From: an uncultured Verrucomicrobiae bacterium
GTDB taxonomy: Bacteria > Verrucomicrobiota > Verrucomicrobiia > Chthoniobacterales > UBA10450
Reading direction: 5' to 3'
Assembly (NCBI GenBank): GCA_963772365.1
Contig: CAVYXA010000001.1
Span: forward strand, 672,001 to 736,000
Length of the DNA: 64,000 bases
Shown piece by piece: positions 48,071 through 58,876 of the stretch. The notes under the pieces are model-generated. The model was not told the origin of the DNA, did not search any database, and saw nothing but the letters and a program-made list of their open reading frames with translations. A program made the translations under genes and the position numbers. Each line of letters begins with the position of its first letter. The first letter of the stretch is position 1.

Positions 48071-49099
48071 TCATTCGCTTTCCAACAGCGCAGCCAAACC
48101 TGCAGCGACCAGCGCGGCCGCCCCGGCAAAAAGCCAAACGCGATGCTCGCTCGACCATAACTGCGGGCTAAAACTCCGCGCCCGCGCATCGAATGCACCA
48201 TGGGCACCGTGATCACCGGCCACGGGTTCCCACAGATTGTCCGGACGATTGGGATCTTCCGGACCGTCATATTGCTGCGATTGATAGCCGTTCCGGGCCA
48301 GAATATGATCGAGAAGACCAGGCGCGATTTTGTTAGCCACGATGGCTTTGACTGATGGCAGACCGACGTAAAACTCGCGCCGAGGATGATGGGCGGCGAA
48401 ATAAATCGCCTCAGCCGCGACTTCGGGTTGGAAGATTGGCGGAACGGGTTGCGCCTTGTGAGGCAAACGACTTTTGACCCAGCCAAACTGCGGCGTGTTC
48501 AAGGCCGGCATTTGCACCATCGTCAGGCGCACTGCGCTTTTGTCATGAAGCAATTCGCAACGCAACGAATCGCAAAAGCCCTGAATCGCATGCTTCGCGG
48601 CGCAATAGGCAGCCTGCAACGGGATTCCTCGATAAGCCAGCGCGCTGCCCACTTGAACGATCACTCCGCGATTGCGTGGCAACATGCGTTTCAGCGCAGC
48701 CAGAGTGCCATTCACACATCCCAGATAGGTGACGTCCGTGACACGCTTGAATTCCTGCGGCGTCATCTGTTTGACTGGAGAAAATACCGACGTCATCGCG
48801 TTGTTAATCCAGATGTCGATCCTGCCCAGGTCCGCCTCGATTTTTGCCGCGGCGGCTTCTACATCGTCGCCATTCGCTACGTCTACCGGAACGACGAGCG
48901 CCTGACCCCCAAGTTCTTCCACGTCTTTTCGCGCGCCTTCCAAACCATCTTGGCCTCGCGCCAGCAATGCGACGGAAGCGCCATGTTTGGCAAATTTTCG
49001 AGCGGTAGCCCGCCCCACGCCGGCCGATGCGCCGGTAATGACGACTGTTTTTGCTGCCCTATCGCGAACGCGTTGCCCAATCACATAATAAAATCGCAC
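48071..49099 (-). CDS. SDR oxidoreductase
   Basis: TGASAGVG and YCAAKH motifs; start uncertain. Confidence 0.92.
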   Translation of the reverse strand: MRFYYVIGQRVRDRAAKTVVITGASAGVGRATARKFAKHGASVALLARGQDGLEGARKDVEELGGQALVVPVDVANGDDVEAAAAKIEADLGRIDIWINNAMTSVFSPVKQMTPQEFKRVTDVTYLGCVNGTLAALKRMLPRNRGVIVQVGSALAYRGIPLQAAYCAAKHAIQGFCDSLRCELLHDKSAVRLTMVQMPALNTPQFGWVKSRLPHKAQPVPPIFQPEVAAEAIYFAAHHPRREFYVGLPSVKAIVANKIAPGLLDHILARNGYQSQQYDGPEDPNRPDNLWEPVAGDHGAHGAFDARARSFSPQLWSSEHRVWLFAGAAALVAAGLAALLESE

Positions 49100-49120
49100 G
49101 CGTCGGCGTTTCCGCGCGTT

Positions 49121-50071
49121 TCATTCTGAATCCGTTGTCGCTGGCTGTTTCACATCGGCATCCGATTTTTCTCCGACCCGCTTGGCGTGAGTTTCCGGCA
49201 CAATCCTCACACCATAACGGCGGGCATAAACTTGAGTAAATTCCGCTCCCAGGAAACTGATGAGAGCGGAGTAATAAACCCAAATCAGAAGAATAACGAG
49301 AGAACCCGCTGCGCCAAACGCGCTCGCAGTTGCCGTCTGCCCGATATAAACACCAAGCAAATATTTACCGCTGGTAAAAAGCGCCGCGCTCACAGCCGCC
49401 CCGATCCATACGTCTTTCCAGCGAATCTGAACGTCGGGAAGATACTTATAGATCATGGCAAAGAGCGCGCCGATAACGAGGAAAGAGACGATGATGTTCA
49501 ATGCCTGCCAGAATGCGGGCATGCCGCTCACGCCTTCCATGTAGCCTTGCGCAGCGGAAATACCGGCGCTGATCACGAGCGAGACTATTAAAATAAATCC
49601 CACACCAATTGCGATCCCAAAGGAACGCAATCGATCGAGCACGAGTTGCAGAATTACACCGCGCTTCGGGTTTGCCTGAACGTCCCAGATTTTGTTCAAC
49701 GCAGCCTGCAACTCGGAAAAAACACAGGATGCGCCAAGCAGGAGAGTCACTACGCCGGTGAGAATTGCCCAAACGCTTTTGCCGAACCCACTCGACGCCT
49801 CCATCACATCACGGATCGCCTTTGCCCCGCGCGCGCCAACCAGCTTTTGAATTTCCGATGTGATTCGATCGATCGCTGTTTCTCGCGCGTAAAAGAAACT
49901 GGCGATGCCAGCAACAATCAGCAGCACCGGCGCGATGGAAAAGAGTGTGTAAAACGCCAGGGAGGCAGCCAGGCGAAACGTGTCATCGTACCACCATTCC
50001 TGGAAAGTGATCTTCGTCACTTGCCAGACTTCTCCCAGCTTTGCGCGAAACGAATTGTCGATCTTGTTCAT
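49121..50071 (-). CDS. YihY/BrkB-family membrane protein
   Basis: AASLAFYTLFS, LQ.ALN.IW and GAAGSL..LL.WVYYS motifs. Confidence 0.92.
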   Translation of the reverse strand: MNKIDNSFRAKLGEVWQVTKITFQEWWYDDTFRLAASLAFYTLFSIAPVLLIVAGIASFFYARETAIDRITSEIQKLVGARGAKAIRDVMEASSGFGKSVWAILTGVVTLLLGASCVFSELQAALNKIWDVQANPKRGVILQLVLDRLRSFGIAIGVGFILIVSLVISAGISAAQGYMEGVSGMPAFWQALNIIVSFLVIGALFAMIYKYLPDVQIRWKDVWIGAAVSAALFTSGKYLLGVYIGQTATASAFGAAGSLVILLIWVYYSALISFLGAEFTQVYARRYGVRIVPETHAKRVGEKSDADVKQPATTDSE

Positions 50072-50088
50072 CGGCGGAAAACATCGGC

Positions 50089-53000
50089 TTAACGCTTTCG
50101 CCTGACCGCACGGCAGATGAGCGAACCTGCCAGCAAAGCAGCACCCGCGACCAGAAACCCGAGAACAGAAGCAGTCGAATACTCGCGCGGCGAAGGAGTG
50201 ATATAATCTCGTTCCGGATAATTACCGACCGCACCGCGCGGCCCTTCTTGAATCGCCATTTTCACCACTTCCGCGAAATGCAGCGGCACGCGATCGCTCA
50301 TCTGTCGCACCTGCTCGCGACAACTGAATCCATCCGCGATGATCAGGGTGTCGAGCGAAGCATCGCGCACGGCGGGGAGCAGGACCCGCTCGCCACAGGC
50401 CAGTGAAACATCGAGGTGATCTTTTTCAAAACCAAACGCGCCTGCCATTCCGCAGCAGCCGGTGTCTGGGCACTTGAGCTCAAGTCCCATCTTCTTCAGC
50501 AACTCCTTTTCGCAATCGAAATTCAAGACAGCTTTTTCATGACAGTGACCATGCACGACCGCTGTCCGTTGCAGTTTTGGCATGTCGTAGCTCGACGCGT
50601 GCTCCTGTAGGAATTCCGCCAGCGTGAATGTCTGTTTGCAAAGACGCCGCGCATCCTGGTTCTGCGGAAATAACTCGATCAATTCGTCGCGGAAAACGGC
50701 AGTGCAGCTCGGCTCCAGCCCGACCATCGGTGTGCCGGCCTCGATCTCGTCTTTCAATGATCGCAAAATCTGTTGGAGCCAGCGCTTCGCTGTGTCGAGC
50801 ATTCCGTAATCGTAAAGCGGTCGACCACAGCAAAGATCGACATCGGGAATGGCCACTTCGAATCCCGCTTCCTCGAGCACTTCCACTGCGGCTTTGGCCG
50901 TTTCGGGATGGAAGAAATTGTTAAACGTATCTGGCCAGAGAATCACGCGGCCATTTTTTCCCGGACGTTGTGATCGGCGGCGAAACCATGCTGTAAATGT
51001 TTCGGAGGCGAATCCCGGCATCTCTCTTTGTTGGGCGACACCGATGAGAGCCTTGACGAAGTTGCTAATGATCGGCGCCCGATTGAAAAAATTAACCACG
51101 GCCGGCGCGATCGTAGCCAATTGCGCCCAGACATGGATGAGACCGAACACGTAGGTGTGAATCGGTCGAACTCGCCCGTGATAATAATGGGACAGAAATT
51201 CGGCTTTGTATGTCGCCATGTCCACGTTCACGGGGCAATCGCTCTTGCAACCCTTGCACGCCAGACACAGATCGAGCGCTTCGTGCACATGCTTATCGCG
51301 CCAGAGATTTATCTCCGCGCCATTTAGCATTTCCCAAAGCAAACGGGCTCGCCCGCGGGTCGAATGCATCTCCTCGCGCGTAACCATGTAACTTGGGCAC
51401 ATGGTGCCGCCTTCATGTCGACGACATTTGCCGACGCCAACACATCGCTCCATCGCGTAGGAAAAACTGCCCTTGTCTTTTGGATATTGAAAATATGTCG
51501 TGGGTTGCGGTGGATCGTATTTTTCTCCGTAGCGCAGGTTCTGATCTCGATGGTACGGAAGAACGATTTTCCCCGGATTCATTTTCCAATCCGGGTCCCA
51601 GATCTGTTTGAACTCGACAAACGCGTGGACCAATTCTTCGCCGAACATTTTCGGCAACAGTTCACCACGTGATTGCCCATCGCCGTGTTCGCCGGAAAGT
51701 GAGCCGCCGTAACGCGCGACCAGATCGGCCGCATCGTTGGTGAAAGCGAGATATTTTTGAATTCCGGCGTGGTTTTTCAGGCCGAAATCAATCCGGGTAT
51801 GGACCAGTCCCTGGCCAAAATGACCGTAAAGCGTGCAAAGATAATCATATTTATCTAGCAGCGCTCGAAAATCGCGAAGGTACTTGCCAATGTCGTTGGG
51901 CGAAACGGCCGAATCTTCCCACCCTTCCCATGTGTCCGGTTCGTCCGGCACTCGCGCGCTCGCACCCAAACCGGAATCGCGGATTTCCCAGATCACCTTT
52001 TCATGCAGCGGGTCATCCACCAACTTCATCGACGGCGCATTTGCCTGTTTCTTGAGCTCGGCCATGAGCTCCCGGGCGGGCGCGTCCGCTTCTTCCACGG
52101 TCTTTCCGCCGAACTCCACAACCAGCCAGCCGTTTCCTTCGGGCAGAATCGTCAGGTCACGCGGATGGATGTGCTTCTTTTTCATGTCGTTGATCAGCAC
52201 ACTGTCGATCCCCTCGAGGCCGACGGGCTTATATTTGCGGATTTCCGGAATGTGATCGCCGGCCCGATACACATCCGGATAACCGAGCACGAGAATCGAA
52301 CGGACTGATGGATCGGGTATTACCTCCAATGTCGCTTCGAGAATCAACACGCAGGTGCTTTCAGTACCGACCAGTGCCCGAGCGACATTGAAATTTTTCT
52401 CAGGCAAAAGTTCATCCAGATTGTAACCGGAGACTCGGCGTGGGATTTTTGGAAACCGTTGCCGGACCTGGTCGCCGTATTTGTCTCTCAGATCGAGAAG
52501 TTGTTTGTAAATCTCTCCGCGCCGGCCGCCTTCGCGAATGATCTGCTCAAGATCGACATCGTCCGTTTCCCCAACACGCAAAATCGTGCCGTCGTAAAGT
52601 AACACTTCCATCTCGCGCACATTGTCGGACGTACGCGCGCCGCCGCCGTAGAACTCCGCCATCACGGAATGCACTCCGCACGAGTTGTTGCCAAGCATTC
52701 CGCCAATGGCGCAATGATTATGCGTGGCTGGATCTGGCCCAAAAACCAGGTTGTATTTCTTGAGCGCGTGTTGCAGTTCGTCCAAAACAATTCCCGGCTC
52801 GACTCGCGCCAGCTTTTTCTCCGGATCGATTTCGATCACGTGATTCATGTATTTGGTGAAATCGATAATAACGGCGACGTTGCAGCATTGGCCCGCCAGA
52901 CTGGTTCCCCCACCCCGACAAGTGATCGGGGCGCCAAATTTTCGACAGGCGGCGACGGCCGCGATCACATCGCCGCGATCGCGCGGAATCACCACGCCAA

Positions 53001-53136
53001 TTGGAATTTGCCGGTAATTCGAGCTGTCTGTGGAATAGAGGGCGCGATCGCCGTCGCTGAAGCGCACTTCACCTTGAACCGTCTGAAGCAGCTCGTCTTC
53101 GAGCTCGCTAACATCGACATCCAACCGCTTGTGCAT
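50089..53136 (-). CDS. FAD-binding / Fe-S oxidoreductase (GlcD/GlcF-like fusion)
   Basis: RGGGTSLAGQ, SGEHGDG, CVGVGKC, CLACKGCKSDCP and CCG motifs. Confidence 0.93.
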   Translation of the reverse strand: MHKRLDVDVSELEDELLQTVQGEVRFSDGDRALYSTDSSNYRQIPIGVVIPRDRGDVIAAVAACRKFGAPITCRGGGTSLAGQCCNVAVIIDFTKYMNHVIEIDPEKKLARVEPGIVLDELQHALKKYNLVFGPDPATHNHCAIGGMLGNNSCGVHSVMAEFYGGGARTSDNVREMEVLLYDGTILRVGETDDVDLEQIIREGGRRGEIYKQLLDLRDKYGDQVRQRFPKIPRRVSGYNLDELLPEKNFNVARALVGTESTCVLILEATLEVIPDPSVRSILVLGYPDVYRAGDHIPEIRKYKPVGLEGIDSVLINDMKKKHIHPRDLTILPEGNGWLVVEFGGKTVEEADAPARELMAELKKQANAPSMKLVDDPLHEKVIWEIRDSGLGASARVPDEPDTWEGWEDSAVSPNDIGKYLRDFRALLDKYDYLCTLYGHFGQGLVHTRIDFGLKNHAGIQKYLAFTNDAADLVARYGGSLSGEHGDGQSRGELLPKMFGEELVHAFVEFKQIWDPDWKMNPGKIVLPYHRDQNLRYGEKYDPPQPTTYFQYPKDKGSFSYAMERCVGVGKCRRHEGGTMCPSYMVTREEMHSTRGRARLLWEMLNGAEINLWRDKHVHEALDLCLACKGCKSDCPVNVDMATYKAEFLSHYYHGRVRPIHTYVFGLIHVWAQLATIAPAVVNFFNRAPIISNFVKALIGVAQQREMPGFASETFTAWFRRRSQRPGKNGRVILWPDTFNNFFHPETAKAAVEVLEEAGFEVAIPDVDLCCGRPLYDYGMLDTAKRWLQQILRSLKDEIEAGTPMVGLEPSCTAVFRDELIELFPQNQDARRLCKQTFTLAEFLQEHASSYDMPKLQRTAVVHGHCHEKAVLNFDCEKELLKKMGLELKCPDTGCCGMAGAFGFEKDHLDVSLACGERVLLPAVRDASLDTLIIADGFSCREQVRQMSDRVPLHFAEVVKMAIQEGPRGAVGNYPERDYITPSPREYSTASVLGFLVAGAALLAGSLICRAVRRKR

Positions 53137-53160
53137 TCCTGTGATATTTCCTCATCTGGT

Positions 53161-53769
53161 TCAGGTCTTCTTTTGTGTCGCGGCGTAAGCGCGATGCAGA
53201 AAATCCGAAACCGCTACGCTGCTAAGAATTGCTGAGAGAAAACGCGCTCTTTTTGGTGCGAATACGAAACCAAACGCCAATGCAGCTGCGCACCACGGCC
53301 CCATGCAATACGGACACGAAATCAAGTTGCCGATTCCGCGCTGGATACCATGCCCCCGTGGTTCTTCTTCTACTTCGCCGGCGCCGGCACTTCGTTTGTA
53401 ACTTACGAACGGAGCGCGCACGATTCCCGTAATCCGATCTTTTGCAACAAGGCGGCTCAGTTTGTGTGTCGCGACCCCGAGCAATGCCAGATCAAACAGA
53501 TCGAATCGTCGCGGCAACAGACCGCGTTTCCATGCGCTGCCGGTCAAGGTGGCGACGCTCGCCAGATAAAACGCCATCATCGATGCGTATTCAGCGAGCA
53601 ATTGCTCTTCGCATTCCTCTTTTTCCTCAGTCTTCTCGCCGTATCTCTCGATGGAAAAATCGGTCTCGGTCGACGGTGATCGATTCACATAATTATATCG
53701 CAAGGCTTCGCGGGTTCGCGCGTGGAAGACCGGCAAGATGCCAAGTTTAAATCGCGAACTTCTCCGCAT
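53161..53769 (-). CDS. DUF1360-family membrane protein
   Basis: ATHKLSRLVAKDRIT...RAPF and CPYCMGPW motifs; start uncertain. Confidence 0.85.
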   Translation of the reverse strand: MRRSSRFKLGILPVFHARTREALRYNYVNRSPSTETDFSIERYGEKTEEKEECEEQLLAEYASMMAFYLASVATLTGSAWKRGLLPRRFDLFDLALLGVATHKLSRLVAKDRITGIVRAPFVSYKRSAGAGEVEEEPRGHGIQRGIGNLISCPYCMGPWCAAALAFGFVFAPKRARFLSAILSSVAVSDFLHRAYAATQKKT

Positions 53770-54850
53770 CCGCCCGTTTCAAGGTGAGTCCCAGCCCCGG
53801 CTGGTCGAGATTGGGACGAAGCGCGCCGCTTTCAGGACCAGGAAAGCCGTCAAACAACATTCGCTCGATTCGAACGTGATCGTGAAAATACTCGGCATGG
53901 ACTAGTGGGCCTGCGGCACAGCTCACGTGGACATGCAGTGCGGGTGCGCAATGCGCCGAGAGCGGAACATGATGCGCTTCACAAAGCGTGGCTGCCTGCA
54001 AAAATCCAGTGAATCCGCCACACCGCGTCGCATCTGCTTGCAGAACATCGACCGCATCTGCATCCAGCATTCGTTTGAAGTAATCGATGTCGTAACCGTA
54101 CTCACCTGCGGCAATATCCATTCCCCCCGGCGCGCGATCGCGCAGCAATCGCAGGCCTTTGAGATCATCGGATGAAACAGGTTCTTCAAACCATTTCACT
54201 TTGAACTCTCGAAACCGTTCCGCCTGAGCGAGCGCCTGTTTTCGCGAATACGCGCCATTCGCATCGACGAAGAGATTGACATCCTCGCCAATTGCTTCGC
54301 GCGCCACGCGCACCCGCTCGAGATCGATCTTCGCGTCGCGACCGATCTTCATTTTGACTCGCGGAATGCCCTGCTCCGCCCAACCGTGCAATTGATCCCG
54401 AAGTTTCTCGTTCGAATAATTCGTGAAACCGCCACTGCCGTAAATCGGCATCGTTTCGCGCACCTGACCCAACAGACTAACGAGCGGCAGATCGAGCAGT
54501 CGCGCCTTTAAATCCCATAGCGCTGTATCCACCGCCGAGATCGCCATCGAACAAATCCCCGGCCGGCCGAGATTTCGTATGGAGTGTACCATTGATATCC
54601 AAATGCCGGAGATCGACAGCGCATCGCAACCGATCACGTTTTTCTTTAGTTTATCGTCGATCAGCTTTGTCGTTGCTGTATCAGCGTAGGTGAAACCGAG
54701 TCCGGTTTTTCCGCCAGCGCGGACATCGACGATTACAATTGTCGTGCTGTCCCATTCGTAAGTGCCGTCCTGTTCCGGGCAATCCGTGGGGATCTTGAAG
54801 ACCGAGACCTTGAGATCGTCGATCGGAATCGTATCACGGCGCATTTTCAT
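53747..54850 (-). CDS. Mandelate racemase / enolase-superfamily protein
   Basis: DTALWDLKA, KMKIG, VDANG, WFEEP and AGE motifs. Confidence 0.92.
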   Translation of the reverse strand: MKMRRDTIPIDDLKVSVFKIPTDCPEQDGTYEWDSTTIVIVDVRAGGKTGLGFTYADTATTKLIDDKLKKNVIGCDALSISGIWISMVHSIRNLGRPGICSMAISAVDTALWDLKARLLDLPLVSLLGQVRETMPIYGSGGFTNYSNEKLRDQLHGWAEQGIPRVKMKIGRDAKIDLERVRVAREAIGEDVNLFVDANGAYSRKQALAQAERFREFKVKWFEEPVSSDDLKGLRLLRDRAPGGMDIAAGEYGYDIDYFKRMLDADAVDVLQADATRCGGFTGFLQAATLCEAHHVPLSAHCAPALHVHVSCAAGPLVHAEYFHDHVRIERMLFDGFPGPESGALRPNLDQPGLGLTLKRADAEKFAI

Positions 54851-54859
54851 CGCGAAACC

Positions 54860-54927
54860 TTTGGAGTGCGCGGACATGTCCGCGCTTTCAAAGCGGTCCG
54901 GCGGCTGCCGGATCGCCGCACTCCAAA
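54860..54927. repeat. REP-like palindromic element
   Basis: TTTGGAGTGCG...CGCACTCCAAA termini with internal hairpins; a related arm occurs in 61681-61813. Confidence 0.75.
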
Positions 54928-56718
54928 TCATTTTTTATGTGGAAGGAGGCCTTCCACGGCATCTTTAAAAGTTTGTTTGATCACATGTCCAAGATGCGGA
55001 TCTCCTTTTGCCATTGAGCTCATGAAATGTTCCGCCTGAGTAAACGTGATGTGCGGCGGCAACGTCGGTACTTCCGGATCCGTTTCGGCTTCGTAAACCA
55101 CGGGACGGTCCGATCCGAGCGCCTCGTCCCAGGCCGATCCGATTCGGTCCGGCGTATCGACCAGCATTCCGCGCAGGCCAAGCATCTCAGCATAACGAGC
55201 AAAAGAAAACTTCGGAACGGTCTGCGATGCCTGATATTTCGGATCGCCGGCGAGAACGCGCTGTTCCCATGTGACCTGGTTCAAATCGCGATTGGCCAGC
55301 ACCATCACGATCAAACGCGGATCGCTCCATTCTTTCCAGTAATTCGCGATCGTGATCAGGCAGTTGATTCCATTCATTAGCATTGCGCCGTCGCCTACCA
55401 GCGCGATTACCGGGCGATCCGGCCAGGCAAATTTCGCGGCTACCGCGTAAGGCACACCGGGCCCCATGGTCGCGAGATTACCCGAAAGCGACGCCATCAT
55501 TCCTCTGCGCACTTTCAAATCGCGCGCGAACCAATTCGCGGCGGATCCAGAATCGGAGGAGAGAATGCAATTGTCCGGCAACCGCTTCGACAATTCCCAA
55601 AAGACCCGCTGCGGGTTGATCGGCTTGGCCTCGTTCATGGCGCGGGCTTCGAGCACCTTCCACCATTCGGTCATCCCGTCTTCGATCGTCTTACGCCATT
55701 TCCGATCCTGTTTGCGAGTGAGCAACGGAATCAGCGCCCGCAAAGTCTCGGCGCTGTCTCCGACCAGATTCACTTCCGTGGGGTAACGAATACTGAGCAT
55801 CTTGGCATCGATATCGATCTGGACCCCGCGAGCCTGACCTTCCGGCGGCAAAAACTCCGAATAAGGAAAACTCGATCCAACGATCAGCAGGGTGTCGCAG
55901 TCGATCATCAAATCCCAGCTCGGCTTGGACCCGAGCAATCCAATCGGACCGGTACAGAACGGGAGATCATCCGGCAAGACCGCTTTACCTAACAAAGCCT
56001 TGGCCACGCCGGCTCCGAGAATTTCCGCAACCTCGATCACTTCATCAGTCGCGCCCAGTGCGCCAGCTCCCACAAGCATCGCTACTTTCTGGCCGGCATT
56101 GAGAACATCCGCCGCCCGGCGAAGATCGACATCTTTGGGGACCACCCGTGGCGATGAATAACCGACTCCGGAATGGACTGTGCCGTGTTTGCGCGGCGGC
56201 GTTTCAACCGCCGGCATTTCTTGAACATCATTGGGGATAATGACGCAGGTGACAGTACGTTCCGCTTTCGCGATCCGGATCGCTCGATCGATCAAATGCC
56301 GAATCTGCGCCGGGCTCGATGCCATGTGCACGTATTCGTGCGCTACGTCTTTGAACAAACTGATGAGATCGACCTCCTGCTGGTAATTTCCTCCGAGCGC
56401 CGCGCGAGCTTGTTGCCCAACAATTGCCACCACGCCCGCGTGATCCATCTTCGCATCATAAAGTCCGTTGAGCAGATGGATCGCGCCCGGTCCGGATGTC
56501 GCTAAACAAATCCCAACTTCCCCGGTGAACTTGGAATGCGCACAGGCCATGAACGCCGCCAATTCCTCATGCCGCACCTGCACGTATTCGATCGCGCCGC
56601 CGGCCCGATCGAGTGCTCCCAGGATTCCGTTAATTCCGTCGCCGGGATAGCCGTATATGCGTTTTAATCCCCATTGATTGATTCGTTTGAGCAAGAAATC
56701 ACTTACAGTTTCTGTCAT
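54928..56718 (-). CDS. Thiamine-diphosphate-dependent enzyme (pyruvate oxidase/dehydrogenase-like)
   Basis: YGYPGDG, VRHEE, TSGPG and GDGAM...N motifs. Confidence 0.93.
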   Translation of the reverse strand: MTETVSDFLLKRINQWGLKRIYGYPGDGINGILGALDRAGGAIEYVQVRHEELAAFMACAHSKFTGEVGICLATSGPGAIHLLNGLYDAKMDHAGVVAIVGQQARAALGGNYQQEVDLISLFKDVAHEYVHMASSPAQIRHLIDRAIRIAKAERTVTCVIIPNDVQEMPAVETPPRKHGTVHSGVGYSSPRVVPKDVDLRRAADVLNAGQKVAMLVGAGALGATDEVIEVAEILGAGVAKALLGKAVLPDDLPFCTGPIGLLGSKPSWDLMIDCDTLLIVGSSFPYSEFLPPEGQARGVQIDIDAKMLSIRYPTEVNLVGDSAETLRALIPLLTRKQDRKWRKTIEDGMTEWWKVLEARAMNEAKPINPQRVFWELSKRLPDNCILSSDSGSAANWFARDLKVRRGMMASLSGNLATMGPGVPYAVAAKFAWPDRPVIALVGDGAMLMNGINCLITIANYWKEWSDPRLIVMVLANRDLNQVTWEQRVLAGDPKYQASQTVPKFSFARYAEMLGLRGMLVDTPDRIGSAWDEALGSDRPVVYEAETDPEVPTLPPHITFTQAEHFMSSMAKGDPHLGHVIKQTFKDAVEGLLPHKK

Positions 56719-56846
56719 AACTATCGATCCTCCTACAGTATTGCGATTTGGTAGCCCGCCATTTGTCCATTATCACAAATCGGCGCGCCCGGCGGTCGCG
56801 CCCTACCATTGATTGAAAATATTTGCGGGCTTCGATTGATCATTTG

Positions 56847-57221
56847 TTAGTCGCATGGAAAGGCAATCGTGCTCAAAAGGGCGTTCTCGGCCTGGCGCGA
56901 ATCGAGCCGGGTGTGCTGCACTACAATCGGCTGGTCCGATTCGATAAGACTGGAAAATGGCGCGTCGCGCGGAATTTTTTCCGGTTCTTCAAAATTGTTG
57001 AAGCGCAGATGTTTTGTTCGCCGTGCCGCAATCTCGAACCGATAGGGGCCGCTTGGATCTCGATCCTCGTAGAAAATTGTGATCCCAACATGGGCATCCT
57101 GGTTTGAGGGATTGAGAATGCAACAGGCCTCATGGCTGGTCATTTCCGGAGCCGGTCCATGGCTTTGTCCGGGAATGTAGCCTTCAGGAATTGCCCACGA
57201 TTTTTTCCCAATCACTCCCAT
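56847..57221 (-). CDS. Sensory rhodopsin transducer (ASRT) family protein
   Basis: GKK.WAIPEGYIP, SHE..CILN and PIVVQHTRLDSRQ motifs. Confidence 0.9.
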   Translation of the reverse strand: MGVIGKKSWAIPEGYIPGQSHGPAPEMTSHEACCILNPSNQDAHVGITIFYEDRDPSGPYRFEIAARRTKHLRFNNFEEPEKIPRDAPFSSLIESDQPIVVQHTRLDSRQAENALLSTIAFPCD

Positions 57222-57274
57222 ATTAGTTACTTCGCAGGCCACCGACCAATCGGATTTGATGCAATGGCAGTGGC

Positions 57275-58303
57275 TTATCGCCCAGAAAGCTTTCTCGATA
57301 AGAGGTAAACCGCCGCCCCGAGCAATCCCCAGGATGCCTGGATCGCGAAACCGAGCGAGGCACTGAACGCGGCAATTGCTTTCGGCACATGAGCGAGATT
57401 ACCAAGCAATTGTTGGAATAGCGCTTCACGCACGCCCGCGCCGCCGAATGAAATTGGAAGCGACGTGATTGTGTTCACCAGAGGCATGATCGAAAGCATC
57501 TCAGCCAACCCGGCAACATGACCTCCGGCATGAAGCGATTGCGCGGCAGAATAGTAACTGACGTAATAGGCGAAATGTGAAGCGATCGTGATGCCGAACA
57601 AACCCGCCATCGTCCCGGGCCGCTTGCGATAGGTGTTCAACGCTTCTCCCGACTCGATGATTGTTTTGCGAAACGGCGTCCGGCTCGGCAGTTTGTTCAA
57701 CAAGCCGAAACCGGCAGCGGCAAAAAGCAGGATCACGAAGAGAGCGCCGCCGGCCAACAACACAAGGGCGAGATAGGCGATATGCAAACTCCCTCCCGAA
57801 CGGCTAAACCAGCCAAAACGCAACGCCAGGCTCATCGAGCCGAGAAACAAAATCGAGAAAAGACCGAGCAAACGATCCATCACTACCGAAAGCGTGGCCC
57901 GCGTTTTCTGGCGCGGAACGCATCGGAACACAAAATAGAGCCGCACTGCGTCTCCCGCGATCAATCCGGGCAGAAACATGTTGAAAAATAATCCGATCAT
58001 CACGATTCCGAATGTACACAACCAGCTCAGCGTGATCCGCTGGATTCGCAGAAGGATTTGCCAGCGCACTGTAGCCAGGATTTCGACTGCGGCGTAACAA
58101 ATCCAGCCCGCTGCCAGCCAGCGAGTGTCCGCCTTTCCCAGAGCGTCGACAATGTGCGCCCGTTTGTGCGGATCGTGAAAAACATACCAGATGCCGCCGC
58201 CGGTAACGAGCAATTGCAGGAGAATGAGTCCCACTCGTTTTATTGCATTCAAAACCGTATCAGTAAGACCTGCTGTCACGTTGAGCGAAGCGAAACATCT
58301 CAA
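57275..58303 (-). CDS. Lysylphosphatidylglycerol-synthase-TM / flippase-like membrane protein
   Basis: RWQILL, FFNMFLPG..GD, DRLLG and LPISFGG.GVRE motifs; true start probably downstream of the repeat. Confidence 0.85.
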   Translation of the reverse strand: MRCFASLNVTAGLTDTVLNAIKRVGLILLQLLVTGGGIWYVFHDPHKRAHIVDALGKADTRWLAAGWICYAAVEILATVRWQILLRIQRITLSWLCTFGIVMIGLFFNMFLPGLIAGDAVRLYFVFRCVPRQKTRATLSVVMDRLLGLFSILFLGSMSLALRFGWFSRSGGSLHIAYLALVLLAGGALFVILLFAAAGFGLLNKLPSRTPFRKTIIESGEALNTYRKRPGTMAGLFGITIASHFAYYVSYYSAAQSLHAGGHVAGLAEMLSIMPLVNTITSLPISFGGAGVREALFQQLLGNLAHVPKAIAAFSASLGFAIQASWGLLGAAVYLLSRKLSGR

Positions 58304-58369
58304 TCTATTTTTGCAGCGAGTCGGACAAAGAAATGATCAGAGATTCTTCGCTTCGCTCAGAATGACAGC
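58272..58369. repeat. MITE/REP-like inverted repeat
   Basis: GCTGTCA..TGAGCGAAGCGAA ... TTCGCTTCGCTCAGAATGACAGC. Confidence 0.85.
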
Positions 58370-58430
58370 TGGAGAAAAGGCCTCATCAAAAGTGAATATG
58401 AGCGCGCCGTGTGAAAAATTCCGTTGTCGC

Positions 58431-58787
58431 TCACTTTTCCCGCACCCAGCGCTCGGCGTCGTTTTCCTGTGAAGCATCGAAATAGCGCACATCGGCATCA
58501 ACGAACCAGGAGCCGATCTTGCTCATCCAATGCTGCCATTCGTTCTCGCCCACCATGGCGATTCGCTCCACTTGCTGATGATGTTTGAGATCGAAGCGAA
58601 AATCGTCCCAGGCTGCATGCGGTTCCCATCCATGGAAATCGCGCATGACAAAGATCATTCTCATCTTCCCATGCTGCGCGATGATCGACTCCCAGCTCGG
58701 GATTAGCTCGTCATAATCCTTCTGGTTCAATCGCCCGCTGACCTCGACCCGGACGACGTTGCCTTCTTCCGGTATGATCTTGTGCAT
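58431..58787 (-). CDS. STAS/SEC14 (SpoIIAA-like) protein
   Basis: SGRL...DY, DFHGW...AAWDD and RIAMVG...W motifs. Confidence 0.88.
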   Translation of the reverse strand: MHKIIPEEGNVVRVEVSGRLNQKDYDELIPSWESIIAQHGKMRMIFVMRDFHGWEPHAAWDDFRFDLKHHQQVERIAMVGENEWQHWMSKIGSWFVDADVRYFDASQENDAERWVREK

Positions 58788-58876
58788 CTCTTCAACTTGT
58801 ATCGCGGCTGACCGGGCTCGAGGACGCAATTGGAAATTGCCGGGCGACTCGCGCTCATGTCTAAAACGATAAACTT

